Below are positions 9,727 to 19,139 of a stretch of DNA of 64,000 nucleotides, piece by piece; the first letter of the stretch is position 1; every line of letters begins with the position of its first letter. The notes below the pieces were generated by a model that made no database searches, was not told the origin of the DNA, and saw only the letters and a list, made by a program, of their open reading frames with translations. The stretch lies in NCBI GenBank assembly GCA_965369885.1, contig CBDUSV010000001.1:603-64602 (forward strand), read 5' to 3'. A program made the translations under genes and the position numbers. This stretch comes from an uncultured bacterium. GTDB taxonomy: Bacteria > Pseudomonadota > Alphaproteobacteria > SMXQ01.

Positions 9727-10781
9727 GGCACCATGAATTGGGTACCGAACCAGCGCCACCGCCTGTCCGGTCCGGGTAGGGTGCAATTGATCCGCGTCCG
9801 GCCCGGTGGGAACGGGGCGGTGGGCCGCACTTCGATGCGCTTGCCGAGACGCATCACGGGCAGTTTGCCGCGGCCTGACAAGTAACAGGCGAGCCGATTG
9901 AGATTGTGCTTGCCCTGGGATGTCACCGTGAAACCGAATGCCGGGGGATTGACCCGGATCAGCGGATCGGCCGGGGTGATGTCGCCGACCATCAGGGGCA
10001 GGGCATTGACCGCAAGACGGAAGCGGTTGATGCCGCCAAAGGCCTCGTTCATGGCGAAGCGCGGCAGGTAGGATTTGTCGGCCTTGCCGTGCAACACGCC
10101 GGAATGTTGGCCGAAGGCAAAGCTGAACCCGGCCTTTCTCACCAACGCCATGACCTCTGAACTCGCTTCGCCATAGGGATAGGCGAACAGCTCCGGCACC
10201 TTGCCGAGCTCGGCCTTGAAGCGTTGGTTGGATTTGGCGAGATCCTGGCGATTGCGCTCCGCCGTCGATGTCGCCATGTGGAGATGACTCGCGGTCTGGC
10301 TGCCGATGGTGACGCCGGCCTTGGCCATGGCGCGGATCTGGTCCCATGACATGTAGTTTCTGAGTTTGCGGTCAATCGGCCGGGTGGCGACAAACAGCGT
10401 GAAGGGAAACCCCGCCGCCTTGAGACGGGGCCAGGCCTCGGTGTAAGCGGACAGATAGGCGTCATCGATCGAGATGCCGACCGTGCGGGGCGGCAACTCC
10501 TCGCCATTGGCAATCGCGGTGACGATGCGGGGCAGGGCCAGGACGGTGTAGCCGCCATCGCGAAGTTCCTTGAGGTGGGCCTCGAACTGGTCGAGACGGA
10601 TGTTGGTGGATGGCGCCGTGGTGGCGCCGAAGCGATGGTACATGACCACCACCGCGGCCGATTTATCCTCGGGCGCGGCACGCACCGCCTGGGCCCAGCC
10701 GCCCAACACCGCCGCCGCCACCACGAGCGCGAATAGCGCACTGTAAATGACCCTGGCAATGGACCCTGGCCGATGCTTCAC
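9717..10781 (-). CDS. Polysaccharide deacetylase (NodB-homology domain), secreted
   Basis: The protein has a signal peptide and NodB motifs (…GISIDDAY…, …TLFVAT…). The GTG at 10781 was chosen because a GGGGA Shine-Dalgarno precedes it; the track ORF begins at 10802. Confidence 0.65.
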   Translation of the reverse strand: MKHRPGSIARVIYSALFALVVAAAVLGGWAQAVRAAPEDKSAAVVVMYHRFGATTAPSTNIRLDQFEAHLKELRDGGYTVLALPRIVTAIANGEELPPRTVGISIDDAYLSAYTEAWPRLKAAGFPFTLFVATRPIDRKLRNYMSWDQIRAMAKAGVTIGSQTASHLHMATSTAERNRQDLAKSNQRFKAELGKVPELFAYPYGEASSEVMALVRKAGFSFAFGQHSGVLHGKADKSYLPRFAMNEAFGGINRFRLAVNALPLMVGDITPADPLIRVNPPAFGFTVTSQGKHNLNRLACYLSGRGKLPVMRLGKRIEVRPTAPFPPGRTRINCTLPGPDRRWRWFGTQFMVPKK

Positions 10782-10870
10782 GAAGCCTGCTCCCCCAACC
10801 ACATATGCCTATAGAGAAGGTGCGATAGATTCATCTTGTTTGCCGGCGTGGTCAAGCGGCAAGGCGGCAA

Positions 10871-11467
10871 TTACATCATGCCGTTGGCAAGTTGGCGGTC
10901 TTCCACCAGTGGGTAGCGGCGTGAATCGAACAGCTGGTAATGCCACCATTCATTGCGATAGAAATCCCAGCCCGCCGCCGTCATCAGCCCTAGCAACAGA
11001 TGACGGTTGCCCTGGGCCTTGGCATCGATGGCAAGCGACCCGTGGTGGGACCGCGGCGTGAAGGCATCGAACGCGGTGCCCATGTCCAAGGGTTTGGCCT
11101 CGCCGTCGATCAGGGTCAGATCAACCGCGGCGCCACGGGAATGGGGCGAGCCCTTGCGCGGATCGGCCAGGAAGTCGGGATCCGGCGTATGGTTCCACAA
11201 CACCCATTGCGCCTCCACCGGGCGGAAGGCATCGAAGATTTTAAGACCAAGACCGAGTTCCCCGGCGAGGGCCACGGCCTGGCCAAGGCAGTGGGCGGCA
11301 TCGGCGTGGAGATAGCATATGCCGTGACGGTAGACGGCGCGGCCGGTGAAATTATCGGCGGTGGCATAGGCCAGGTCGATCTCGACATTGAACGCCGCCG
11401 CCTCGATGTGAACCAGCTTGGCGGCGCCGGAAGCAGGGTCTTGGGGGTTCACGCAGGATCCTTTCAT
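10871..11467 (-). CDS. D-alanyl-D-alanine dipeptidase (VanX/DdpX, peptidase M15D)
   Basis: The translation shows the VanX-like zinc-peptidase core (…SPHSRGAAVDLTL… …WWHYQL…). Confidence 0.7.
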   Translation of the reverse strand: MKGSCVNPQDPASGAAKLVHIEAAAFNVEIDLAYATADNFTGRAVYRHGICYLHADAAHCLGQAVALAGELGLGLKIFDAFRPVEAQWVLWNHTPDPDFLADPRKGSPHSRGAAVDLTLIDGEAKPLDMGTAFDAFTPRSHHGSLAIDAKAQGNRHLLLGLMTAAGWDFYRNEWWHYQLFDSRRYPLVEDRQLANGMM

Positions 11468-11584
11468 CTATTTGGCAGCGATCTGACCTTGGGCAAACAA
11501 GGCCGGGGACAGAATTTCTAACATGATCTATTCTGCGAGGCATCTAGGCTGTGCACTCACAAGGATTATGCCCGGGGGCGTGCC

Positions 11585-12319
11585 ATGAAGATCCTGGCGA
11601 TGGATTCGGCGACATCGGCCTGTTCGGCGGCGGTGTGGTGCGACGGCGCCATCCAAGCGCACCGTTTCCAGGCCATGGAACGGGGCCAATCGGAGGCCCT
11701 CATCCCCATGGTGATCGAGACCGTCGCCCAGGCCGGGCTGGAATTCGCCGATCTTGATCTCATTGCCGTCACCACCGGGCCCGGGGCTTTCACCGGTGTG
11801 CGCATCGGCCTGGCCTCGGCCCGCGGCCTGGCCCTGGCCGGGGATCTGCCGATGGTTGGCGTCACCACATTGGAAGCGGTGGCCCGGGGCGTGCCCGCCG
11901 ATGAGCGCCAGGATCGCCGGCTGGTGGTGGTGATCGACGCCAAAAGGCGGGATTTTTACGGCCAATGTTTCGGCTCCGGCCTGGAAGCCCTGGGCCCGCC
12001 CGCGGCCGTGATGCCACAAGACGCCCAGGAGCTACTATCGCCGGGTCCGGTGCTGGTGGCCGGTGATGGTGCCGAGCAGTTGCGCGCCGCCCTTGCCGGG
12101 CGCCGCAATGGCGCCCGGGAGGGAGACTTGGCCCGGGAGGGAGACTTCGATGGAGACCATATTCGCTATTCCCAGGCCCCGGGCCGTCCCGACGCCGTCC
12201 AGGTTGCGGCCATCGCCGCCGAGCGCGGGCCCGAGGGCGCGCGCGCCCCGGTGCGGCCGCTCTATCTGCGTCCACCGGATGCCACCCTGCCCAGCGACGG
12301 TGGTAGGCTCAGACCATGA
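11585..12319 (+). CDS. tsaB: tRNA threonylcarbamoyladenosine biosynthesis protein TsaB (YeaZ)
   Basis: The protein has the Kae1/YgjD-like inactive paralog fold (MKILAMDSATSACSAAV…TGPGAFTGVRIG). Conserved tsaB-rimI pairing supports the call. Confidence 0.85.
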   Translation: MKILAMDSATSACSAAVWCDGAIQAHRFQAMERGQSEALIPMVIETVAQAGLEFADLDLIAVTTGPGAFTGVRIGLASARGLALAGDLPMVGVTTLEAVARGVPADERQDRRLVVVIDAKRRDFYGQCFGSGLEALGPPAAVMPQDAQELLSPGPVLVAGDGAEQLRAALAGRRNGAREGDLAREGDFDGDHIRYSQAPGRPDAVQVAAIAAERGPEGARAPVRPLYLRPPDATLPSDGGRLRP

Positions 12320-12333
12320 TCATAAGGGGGACC

Positions 12334-12921
12334 ATGACGGGAAACAGCCGGCCCAAGGGCGCCCGCAAAGGCGCCAAAACCAATGCCACAAAAGCCATGG
12401 ATGGCGGCGACGTCACCCTTGTCGCGGTATCCCCGGCCTATCATTACTTGGTCGCCGCCCTTCACGGTCTTTGCTTTGATGATGCGTGGAGCGCCAACAC
12501 CGTGAGCCAGGTCATGAACATGAAGGGCGCTTTCGGATATACCGCGCAACTCGAAGCTGAAGCGGGGGCACAAGTGGGGGATGTGGGCGGCAATGGCGCC
12601 GTCAGCGCGGCGACGCCGGCGCCCGCCGGCTTCGTCCTTTGCCATCTTGTCGCCGACGAATGCGAGATTCTTTCCCTCGGGGTGGCTCCCGAATGCCGTG
12701 GCAAGGGGATCGGGGCGCGGCTGGTGGGGGCCGCCGTGGACAAAGGCCGTGCCCTGGGGGCCGAGCGGCTGTTTCTAGAGGTCGCGGAAGACAACGAGAC
12801 CGCACGGGGGCTTTATAACGCCCATGGCTTCACCCCGGTGGGGCGCCGCCCGGGCTATTACAAGCGCCAGGGCGCGTCATCGGTGGCGGCCCTTACGCTG
12901 TGCCTCGATGTGACCGGCTAA
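12334..12921 (+). CDS. rimI: Ribosomal-protein-alanine N-acetyltransferase RimI (GNAT)
   Basis: The protein has a GNAT acetyl-CoA binding motif (…CRGKGIGARLVGAAV…). The ATG at 12334 is preceded by an AGGGGG Shine-Dalgarno; an earlier ATG at 12316 overlaps the tsaB stop, so the start is ambiguous. Confidence 0.75.
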   Translation: MTGNSRPKGARKGAKTNATKAMDGGDVTLVAVSPAYHYLVAALHGLCFDDAWSANTVSQVMNMKGAFGYTAQLEAEAGAQVGDVGGNGAVSAATPAPAGFVLCHLVADECEILSLGVAPECRGKGIGARLVGAAVDKGRALGAERLFLEVAEDNETARGLYNAHGFTPVGRRPGYYKRQGASSVAALTLCLDVTG

Positions 12922-13181
12922 CCCTTTCGGATGCGTAATATATAGACGGTCCCGGGGTCGTCCGGGGACGGCGATTTGCCGTCGGCGGGCTCCAAGGAGA
13001 GCACCTGGTGGCCGGTCTCACGGACCGAACGCGGCACGTTTTCCAGTGGCTCGGCACCCTTGATGCGGATGGCCGCGGTCTCGCCGGACGACATCCGCTC
13101 GATTAACAATTTGGTCTTAACAAAGGTAAGCGGACACACTTCTTGTGTTATGTCTAGATTGTGATCCACTACATCTGTCAT
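12918..13181 (-). CDS. TusA-like sulfurtransferase (SirA/YedF/YeeD family)
   Basis: The 87-aa protein carries the TusA CPxP active-site motif (EVCPLTF). The gene is notably AT-rich relative to its flanks and overlaps the rimI 3' end convergently. Confidence 0.65.
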   Translation of the reverse strand: MTDVVDHNLDITQEVCPLTFVKTKLLIERMSSGETAAIRIKGAEPLENVPRSVRETGHQVLSLEPADGKSPSPDDPGTVYILRIRKG

Positions 13182-13215
13182 TCTCGCCGTCCAATTGTAT
13201 ATATTGAATATGTTA

Positions 13216-13244
13216 TTGCTAAAACCAGCTAAAAAACTTATATT
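13216..13244 (+). promoter_or_regulatory. Candidate sigma70-type promoter for the MucR/Ros gene
   Basis: The -35 is TTGCTA (13216-13221), followed by a 17-nt spacer and a -10 of TATATT (13239-13244). It lies inside a 95-bp AT-rich divergent intergenic region. Confidence 0.4.
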
Positions 13245-13276
13245 TCATTTGATATTTTGACAGGGAGAAATGTTAA

Positions 13277-13699
13277 ATGGCTGAAGCTACGGATTCAAGC
13301 GAACTGCTCGAATTGACGACCGAGATTGTTTCATCTCACGTCGCCAACAACCCGGTCACGGTGAATGATCTGCCGAATTTGATTCAGCAGGTTTACAACA
13401 CCTTGGCCACCATCGGGAAGTCTTCCGCTCCCGCAGCCGAACGTCCCCAGCCGGCGGTGCCGATTAAGCGGTCGGTGACCCCTGATTTTATCATCTGTCT
13501 CGAAGATGGCCGGAAGCTCAAGATGTTGAAGCGTCATCTCAAGACCGCCTACAACATGACCCCCGAAGAATACCGCGAGCGTTGGGCGCTGACCCCCGAT
13601 TATCCCATGGTTGCCCCCAATTACGCCAAGCAGCGGAGTACCTTGGCCAAGAAAATCGGCCTCGGCACCAAGCCACGCGGCCGGTCACAGAACAATTGA
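13277..13699 (+). CDS. Ros/MucR family zinc-finger transcriptional regulator
   Basis: The 140-aa protein has the Ros/MucR C2H2-like segment (…FIICLEDGRKLKMLKRHLKTAYNMTPEEYRERW…). A GGGAGAA Shine-Dalgarno precedes the ATG. Confidence 0.8.
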   Translation: MAEATDSSELLELTTEIVSSHVANNPVTVNDLPNLIQQVYNTLATIGKSSAPAAERPQPAVPIKRSVTPDFIICLEDGRKLKMLKRHLKTAYNMTPEEYRERWALTPDYPMVAPNYAKQRSTLAKKIGLGTKPRGRSQNN

Positions 13700-13789
13700 G
13701 ATTACGCCTGAGCAGATGTTGGCCTTGCGCACCGGACGGCCCGCCGCAAAGCCAACGCCCTGTTGGCATGAAAAAAAGTCAACTATAGT

Positions 13790-14251
13790 GTGAGTAATAT
13801 GGTTTCAAGTTTCGCAATAATGTCCCCTCTTGAGAAGCTCTGCCGGGATAAGGGCATGAGAATGACCGACCAGCGCCGGGTGATTGCCCGTGTGCTGTCG
13901 GAGGCATCCAACCATCCCGATGTCGATGAGGTTCACCGCCGGGCGGTGGATGTCGACCCCCGTATCAGCATTGCCACGGTTTACCGTACCGTACGTTTGT
14001 TCGAGGAGGCCGAGATCATCGCCCGTCACGATTTCGGGGATGGTAGGGCGCGTTACGAAAAACTACCCATAAGCCATCATGATCATCTGATTGACATCAG
14101 GACCGGAAAAGTCATTGAGTTCCGCAGCGAAAGAATAGAAAATCTGCAGCGTGAGATTTCCAGGGAATTGGGTTATGATCTGGTTGATCACCGCCTCGAA
14201 CTTTTTGGCATCCCAATAAAGGGCGACGAAAAGGCGAAGAGAAAAGCGTAA
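13790..14251 (+). CDS. Fur family transcriptional regulator (Fur/Mur-type)
   Basis: The protein has a winged-helix N-terminus and the HHDH metal-site motif (ISHHDHLIDIRTGKVIEF). The start could instead be the internal ATG at 13820. Confidence 0.75.
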   Translation: MSNMVSSFAIMSPLEKLCRDKGMRMTDQRRVIARVLSEASNHPDVDEVHRRAVDVDPRISIATVYRTVRLFEEAEIIARHDFGDGRARYEKLPISHHDHLIDIRTGKVIEFRSERIENLQREISRELGYDLVDHRLELFGIPIKGDEKAKRKA

Positions 14252-14313
14252 GTCACCTCTACGTCTTCGGCTATTGTGGATAGATCGGAATTCGAAAACG
14301 GGTATTCGGAATC

Positions 14314-15135
14314 ATGAGTGCCAGTGATTGCAAGGACAATCGATTCTGCAATTTGTGGGCCGGCAGCCTAGAGGTTCGGCTCGCAACCTCTGAAGCCGAA
14401 GTGGTTGCCGCCCAGCTGTTGCGGTACCGTGTTTTCTACGAGGAAATGGCGGCGATCCCGACCAAGGAAATGGCGGCCCTGCGCCGCGATTTCGACGCTT
14501 TCGACGCCGATTGCGACCATTTGCTGGTCATCGATCATAGCTTGGCCGAAGGTGCCAACAAGGTGGTGGGAACTTACCGGCTGATCCGCCGCGAGGCCGC
14601 CAAGCGCCTGGGCGGGTTCTATTCGGCCAGCGAATACAACATCAGCAAACTTGAAGCCCATAAGGCCGAAATTCTCGAACTCGGCCGGTCATGCGTCGAT
14701 GTTGCCTATCGCACCCGCGGCGCCATGCAACTGTTGTGGCAAAGCATCGTCGCCTATGTTTACCATTACGATATCGCCTTTTTGTTCGGCTGCGCCAGCT
14801 TGCCGGGCACCGACGTGGCGAAACAGGCGGACAAGCTCTCTTATCTCTATCACTATCACCTGGCGCCGCCGGCCCTGAGACCGCGGGCGCTGGACCAACG
14901 TTATGTCCAGATGAACCTGATGGCGGAGGATGAAATCGATACCCGCGCCACCCTGGCGTCGATGCCGCCATTGATCAAAGGGTATCTGCGGGTTGGTTGC
15001 TTCGTCGGTGACGGGGCGGTGATCGATGAACAGTTCAACACCATCGACGTTTGTATCGTGGTCAAGTCCACTCTCATCACCGCAAGATATGCCCGCCACT
15101 ATGAACGCAGCACGCGCCTGGCCGGGGCCGCTTAA
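14314..15135 (+). CDS. olsB: Ornithine-acyl-ACP N-acyltransferase OlsB (hemolysin-like GNAT N-acyltransferase)
   Basis: The 273-aa protein belongs to the OlsB/hemolysin-like acyltransferase family and sits immediately upstream of a PlsC-family acyltransferase, the classic olsB-olsA pair. Confidence 0.65.
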   Translation: MSASDCKDNRFCNLWAGSLEVRLATSEAEVVAAQLLRYRVFYEEMAAIPTKEMAALRRDFDAFDADCDHLLVIDHSLAEGANKVVGTYRLIRREAAKRLGGFYSASEYNISKLEAHKAEILELGRSCVDVAYRTRGAMQLLWQSIVAYVYHYDIAFLFGCASLPGTDVAKQADKLSYLYHYHLAPPALRPRALDQRYVQMNLMAEDEIDTRATLASMPPLIKGYLRVGCFVGDGAVIDEQFNTIDVCIVVKSTLITARYARHYERSTRLAGAA

Positions 15136-15140
15136 AGTCC

Positions 15141-15932
15141 ATGGGGTCGACCATTCGGGGCGTTGTCCGGCTGGCGCTGTGGACCGGCTGGACCCTGATG
15201 CTGTTGCCGGTGCAGGTGGTTTCCGTCGCCCTTGGGTCCGGCCTGGCTGAAACCATCCCCCTGCTCTATCACCGGGGCTGTTGCCATATCATCGGCCTCG
15301 ATGTGGTGAGTCTGGGAAAAATCTCCGAGACCAAGCCGACCCTGTTCGTTTCCAATCACATCTCGTATCTCGATATCACGGTCTTGGCCTCGATGGTGCG
15401 GCTGTCCTTCATTGCCAAAAGTGAAGTCGCGACCTGGCCGTTGTTTGGACTGCTTGCCAAGCTGCAGCGTTCGGTGTTCGTCGAACGCCGTCCCGTGCGG
15501 ACGGCTCATCACCGCGACGAGATCGCCGCCCGGCTCGATGCCGGAGACCGGCTGGTTCTTTTCGCCGAGGGCACGTCTTCCGACGGAAACCGGGTGTTGC
15601 CGTTCAAAAGCGCCCTGTTCAGCGTCGCCGAGCGCACCAAGGATCTCGCGCCATTGGCGATACAACCGGTTTCCATTGCCTATGTGCGTCTCGACGGGCT
15701 GCCGCTGGGGCGGGAATGGCGGGCCTATTACGCCTGGTACGGGGACATGGATATGGCCTCCCATTTTTGGAAGATTTTCACCCTAGGAAGGGTGACCGTG
15801 GAGGTCCGCTTCCACCCCCCGGTCTTCATCGCTGATATCGGCAACCGCAAGGCCCTATCGGATTATTGCCACCGCCAGGTCGCCCAGGGCGTCACCGAGG
15901 CCCTGACCGGCGGCCGTGATCGGGCCTTGTAG
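15141..15932 (+). CDS. olsA: Lyso-ornithine lipid O-acyltransferase OlsA (PlsC family)
   Basis: The protein has the HX4D motif (NHISYLD) and FAEGTSS acyltransferase motifs. It starts 6 nt after the olsB stop. Confidence 0.65.
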   Translation: MGSTIRGVVRLALWTGWTLMLLPVQVVSVALGSGLAETIPLLYHRGCCHIIGLDVVSLGKISETKPTLFVSNHISYLDITVLASMVRLSFIAKSEVATWPLFGLLAKLQRSVFVERRPVRTAHHRDEIAARLDAGDRLVLFAEGTSSDGNRVLPFKSALFSVAERTKDLAPLAIQPVSIAYVRLDGLPLGREWRAYYAWYGDMDMASHFWKIFTLGRVTVEVRFHPPVFIADIGNRKALSDYCHRQVAQGVTEALTGGRDRAL

Positions 15933-16116
15933 CCGGAATTTGCGGGCACATATGTTGTTAAAGGCCGATTGTGGCGGCCCAGGCTTTAATTAGGATTGGA
16001 CCCAGTTCGCTTGACTCCTGGAGGTGCGATGTTAGAGTTTTCCGGTTCCTTTGATTTTAAAGGATTTTTAAGCCTGCTGCGGGGACCATGGGGCCCAAGG
16101 CGGTAGGGTTCAAGAT

Positions 16117-17526
16117 TTGACGAAAAAACTCTTCATCAAAACCTTCGGCTGCCAGATGAACGCCTATGATTCGGCGCGCATGGCCGATGTTATGGCGCCC
16201 CATGGCTATGGCCTGGCGGCCGGGCCCGATGGGGCCGATCTGGTCATTCTCAACACCTGCCATATTCGCGAGAAAGCCGCGGAAAAGCTCTATTCCGAGC
16301 TCGGCAGGCTGGCGCCATTGAAATCGGCGCGGGCCCAGCATGGCGGCCGCATGATCATTGCCGTCGCCGGCTGTGTCGCCCAGGCCGAAGGCGCCGAAAT
16401 TGCCCGCCGCGCGCCCTATGTCGATATCGTGCTTGGCCCCCAGACTTACCATCGCCTGGGGGAAATGGTGGCCCGGGCGGGCCGTGCCGCGCCCGGCTCG
16501 GCCCCGGTGGTGGATACCGAATTTCCTTCTGAATCGAAATTCGATCACCTGCCTGATGCGGCCTTGCCCCAGGGCGTCGCGGCCTATCTCTCGGTCCAGG
16601 AAGGATGCGACAAGTTCTGCACCTTCTGTGTCGTGCCTTACACCCGCGGCGCCGAATATTCGCGCCCGGCCGGCGCCGTCGTGGCCGAGGCTCGTCGCCT
16701 GGTGGCCGGCGGCGCCCGCGAGATCATGCTTTTGGGCCAGAACGTCAATGCCTATCACGGTGCCCATGGCGGCGGCGAGCTCGGCCTCGGCGGCCTGATC
16801 CGGGACCTTGCCGCCATCGATGACCTCGAACGCATCCGCTACACCACCTCCCATCCCCGGGACGTGGATGACGAGCTTGTTGCCGTCCATGGCGAGGTGC
16901 CGGAACTCATGCCCTATCTGCATCTGCCGGTTCAGTCCGGATCGGATCGGGTGCTGGCGGCGATGAACCGGGGCTATGGACGCGATGACTATCGGCGCGT
17001 CGTCGACAAGCTGCGCCGCGCCCGGGGGGATCTGGCGTTGGCGTCGGACTTCATCGTCGGCTTTCCCGGTGAGACCGATGCCGATTTCGCCGCCACCCTC
17101 GGCCTGGTCCGGGACATCGGCTTTGCCCAGGCCTATTCCTTCAAATTCAGCCCCCGTCCCGGGACGCCGGCGGCGGCGCTGGCCGCACAGGTCCCCGAAG
17201 CGGTGAAGACCGAACGCCTGGCCCAACTCCAGCACTTGCTCGACCACCAGCAGCGCGCCTTCAACCGGCGTTCGGTGGGCACGACCATGGCGGTGCTGTT
17301 CGACCGCCAAGGCAAGCGTGAAGATCAACTCGCCGGGCGCAGCCCCTATATGCAGGCGGTGATCTTGGATGTGGATGGAACCGACGCGGCCCAAGCCGGT
17401 GTGTCCGGCACTGTAACAGAAGTGCGGATCATCGAAGCCCACGCCAATAGCCTCAAGGCAACCCTGGCGTTGCGGCCACGTAGCGATGGCGTGAGGTCTA
17501 CCGCCGCCGAGGGGGCATGGGCATGA
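16117..17526 (+). CDS. miaB: tRNA-2-methylthio-N6-dimethylallyladenosine synthase MiaB
   Basis: The protein has the MTTase N-terminus ([10 protein letters not shown]), the radical-SAM CxxxCxxC motif (CDKFCTFC) and a TRAM domain. The start appears to be a TTG. Confidence 0.9.
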   Translation: MTKKLFIKTFGCQMNAYDSARMADVMAPHGYGLAAGPDGADLVILNTCHIREKAAEKLYSELGRLAPLKSARAQHGGRMIIAVAGCVAQAEGAEIARRAPYVDIVLGPQTYHRLGEMVARAGRAAPGSAPVVDTEFPSESKFDHLPDAALPQGVAAYLSVQEGCDKFCTFCVVPYTRGAEYSRPAGAVVAEARRLVAGGAREIMLLGQNVNAYHGAHGGGELGLGGLIRDLAAIDDLERIRYTTSHPRDVDDELVAVHGEVPELMPYLHLPVQSGSDRVLAAMNRGYGRDDYRRVVDKLRRARGDLALASDFIVGFPGETDADFAATLGLVRDIGFAQAYSFKFSPRPGTPAAALAAQVPEAVKTERLAQLQHLLDHQQRAFNRRSVGTTMAVLFDRQGKREDQLAGRSPYMQAVILDVDGTDAAQAGVSGTVTEVRIIEAHANSLKATLALRPRSDGVRSTAAEGAWA

Positions 17527-18566
17527 AACCCGAAGGCATCGATACGCCCTCGCACCTCGAGCTGCAGATCGAGTTCGACGACAACTCCCTGTTGTCGCTG
17601 CTGTTCGGCGAGCACGATCAGAATCTTGCCCGCATCGAACAAAAACTCGGCGTCATGCTGGCGAGCAGGGGAAATCAATTGGCCATCACCGGGCCGGCCT
17701 GGGCCGCCGAAGCGGCGCATCACTGCCTGGATAGCCTTTACGGCAAGCTCAAGGACGGAACCGAGATTGATCAGGGCGAAGTCGACGCCGCCATTCGCTG
17801 GGCATCGGACAGCGGGCCCAATATCGATTCCAATGTCGGGGGCAAGGCTGGGGGCAAGACTGGGGGGCGGCACAAATCGGCGGCCCACGATCTGATCATC
17901 AACACCCGCAGGCGCAAGATTTCGCCGCGCACCCCGGCACAGGCCGACTATATCCGCGCCATGGAGGATTATGAGTTGGTGTTCAGCCTGGGCCCGGCGG
18001 GCACCGGTAAAACCTATCTGGCGGTGGCGACGGCGGTGTCGCTTTTGATGGCCGGGGAAGTCGACCGCATCATCCTGTCACGCCCGGCGGTCGAGGCCGG
18101 CGAGCGGCTGGGATTCCTGCCCGGTGATCTGCGCGAGAAGATCGATCCCTATTTGCGCCCGCTCTATGACGCGCTTTATGACATGTTGCCCGCCGACCAG
18201 GTGGCCAAGCGTCTCGCCAGCGGTGAAATCGAGGTCGCGCCCCTGGCCTTCATGCGTGGCCGCACCCTGGCACACTCCTTCATCATCCTCGACGAGGCCC
18301 AGAACACCACACCGGTGCAGATGAAAATGTGCCTGACCCGGCTTGGCGAGAACTCCCGCATGGTGGTCACCGGCGATCCCAGCCAGGTCGATCTGCCCGA
18401 CGGAACGCGCTCGGGACTGGCGGACGCCACCGAGACCCTGGAAGGGGTCGAGGGCCTGACCTTCGTCCGCTTTACCGATACCGATATGGTGCGTCACACC
18501 CTGGTGACCCGGGTGGTGCAGGCCTACGAGAAAGCGGAACGCGATGCCGGCAAGGGCCGGCGGTAA
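17523..18566 (+). CDS. phoH: PhoH-like ATPase (YbeZ)
   Basis: The protein has a Walker A motif ([11 protein letters not shown]) and a KH-like N-terminus. Conserved miaB-phoH-ybeY-corC-lnt order supports the call. Confidence 0.9.
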   Translation: MKPEGIDTPSHLELQIEFDDNSLLSLLFGEHDQNLARIEQKLGVMLASRGNQLAITGPAWAAEAAHHCLDSLYGKLKDGTEIDQGEVDAAIRWASDSGPNIDSNVGGKAGGKTGGRHKSAAHDLIINTRRRKISPRTPAQADYIRAMEDYELVFSLGPAGTGKTYLAVATAVSLLMAGEVDRIILSRPAVEAGERLGFLPGDLREKIDPYLRPLYDALYDMLPADQVAKRLASGEIEVAPLAFMRGRTLAHSFIILDEAQNTTPVQMKMCLTRLGENSRMVVTGDPSQVDLPDGTRSGLADATETLEGVEGLTFVRFTDTDMVRHTLVTRVVQAYEKAERDAGKGRR

Positions 18567-18569
18567 GAA

Positions 18570-19139
18570 ATGTCGGATATGAGCGTCAAGGCCGAGATCA
18601 ATGTCTCCACGCCCGGTGAGGCATGGCAGGCATGCTTGCCCGAGGCCGAGGCCTTGAGCCGCCGCGCCGCCTTGGCTGCCGTCGAGGACGCCATTGCCGG
18701 CGCTGCAATTGCCGATTTGGTGCCCAAAGGCGGTGCCATGGAAGCCAGTGTCGTGCTCGCCGATGACGATTTCGTGCGCAAGCTCAACCGGGATTACCGG
18801 GGCCGCGACGAGGCCACCAACGTATTGTCCTTCGCCGCCATCACCCCCTCCGATCCCCCATTCGCCCGGGCCCAAGGACGGGACGGTGACGGCGGCGTGC
18901 GGCCTGTGTTGTTGGGTGACGTGGTCATCGCTTTTGAAACCGTGGCGGCCGAGGCCGAAGCGCAAGCCAAAAGCCTTGAGGCCCATCTATGTCACATGGC
19001 GGTGCATGGCATGCTGCATCTTTTGGGCTATGATCATGACGGCGAAGATCCGGCGACAATCATGGAGCGGCTGGAAACATTGACAATGGAGCGCATGGGT
19101 TACCCCGACCCATACGCGCCCACGCAGGCGGCGACATGA
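18570..19139 (+). CDS. ybeY: rRNA maturation endoribonuclease YbeY
   Basis: The protein carries the metal-binding motif HxxxHxxGxxH (HMAVHGMLHLLGYDH). Confidence 0.9.
   Translation: MSDMSVKAEINVSTPGEAWQACLPEAEALSRRAALAAVEDAIAGAAIADLVPKGGAMEASVVLADDDFVRKLNRDYRGRDEATNVLSFAAITPSDPPFARAQGRDGDGGVRPVLLGDVVIAFETVAAEAEAQAKSLEAHLCHMAVHGMLHLLGYDHDGEDPATIMERLETLTMERMGYPDPYAPTQAAT

Noticed and set aside
14252-14313. Pho box upstream of olsB.
   Set aside because: No CTGTCAT-N4-CTGTCAT-like direct repeat was found in the 62-bp leader.
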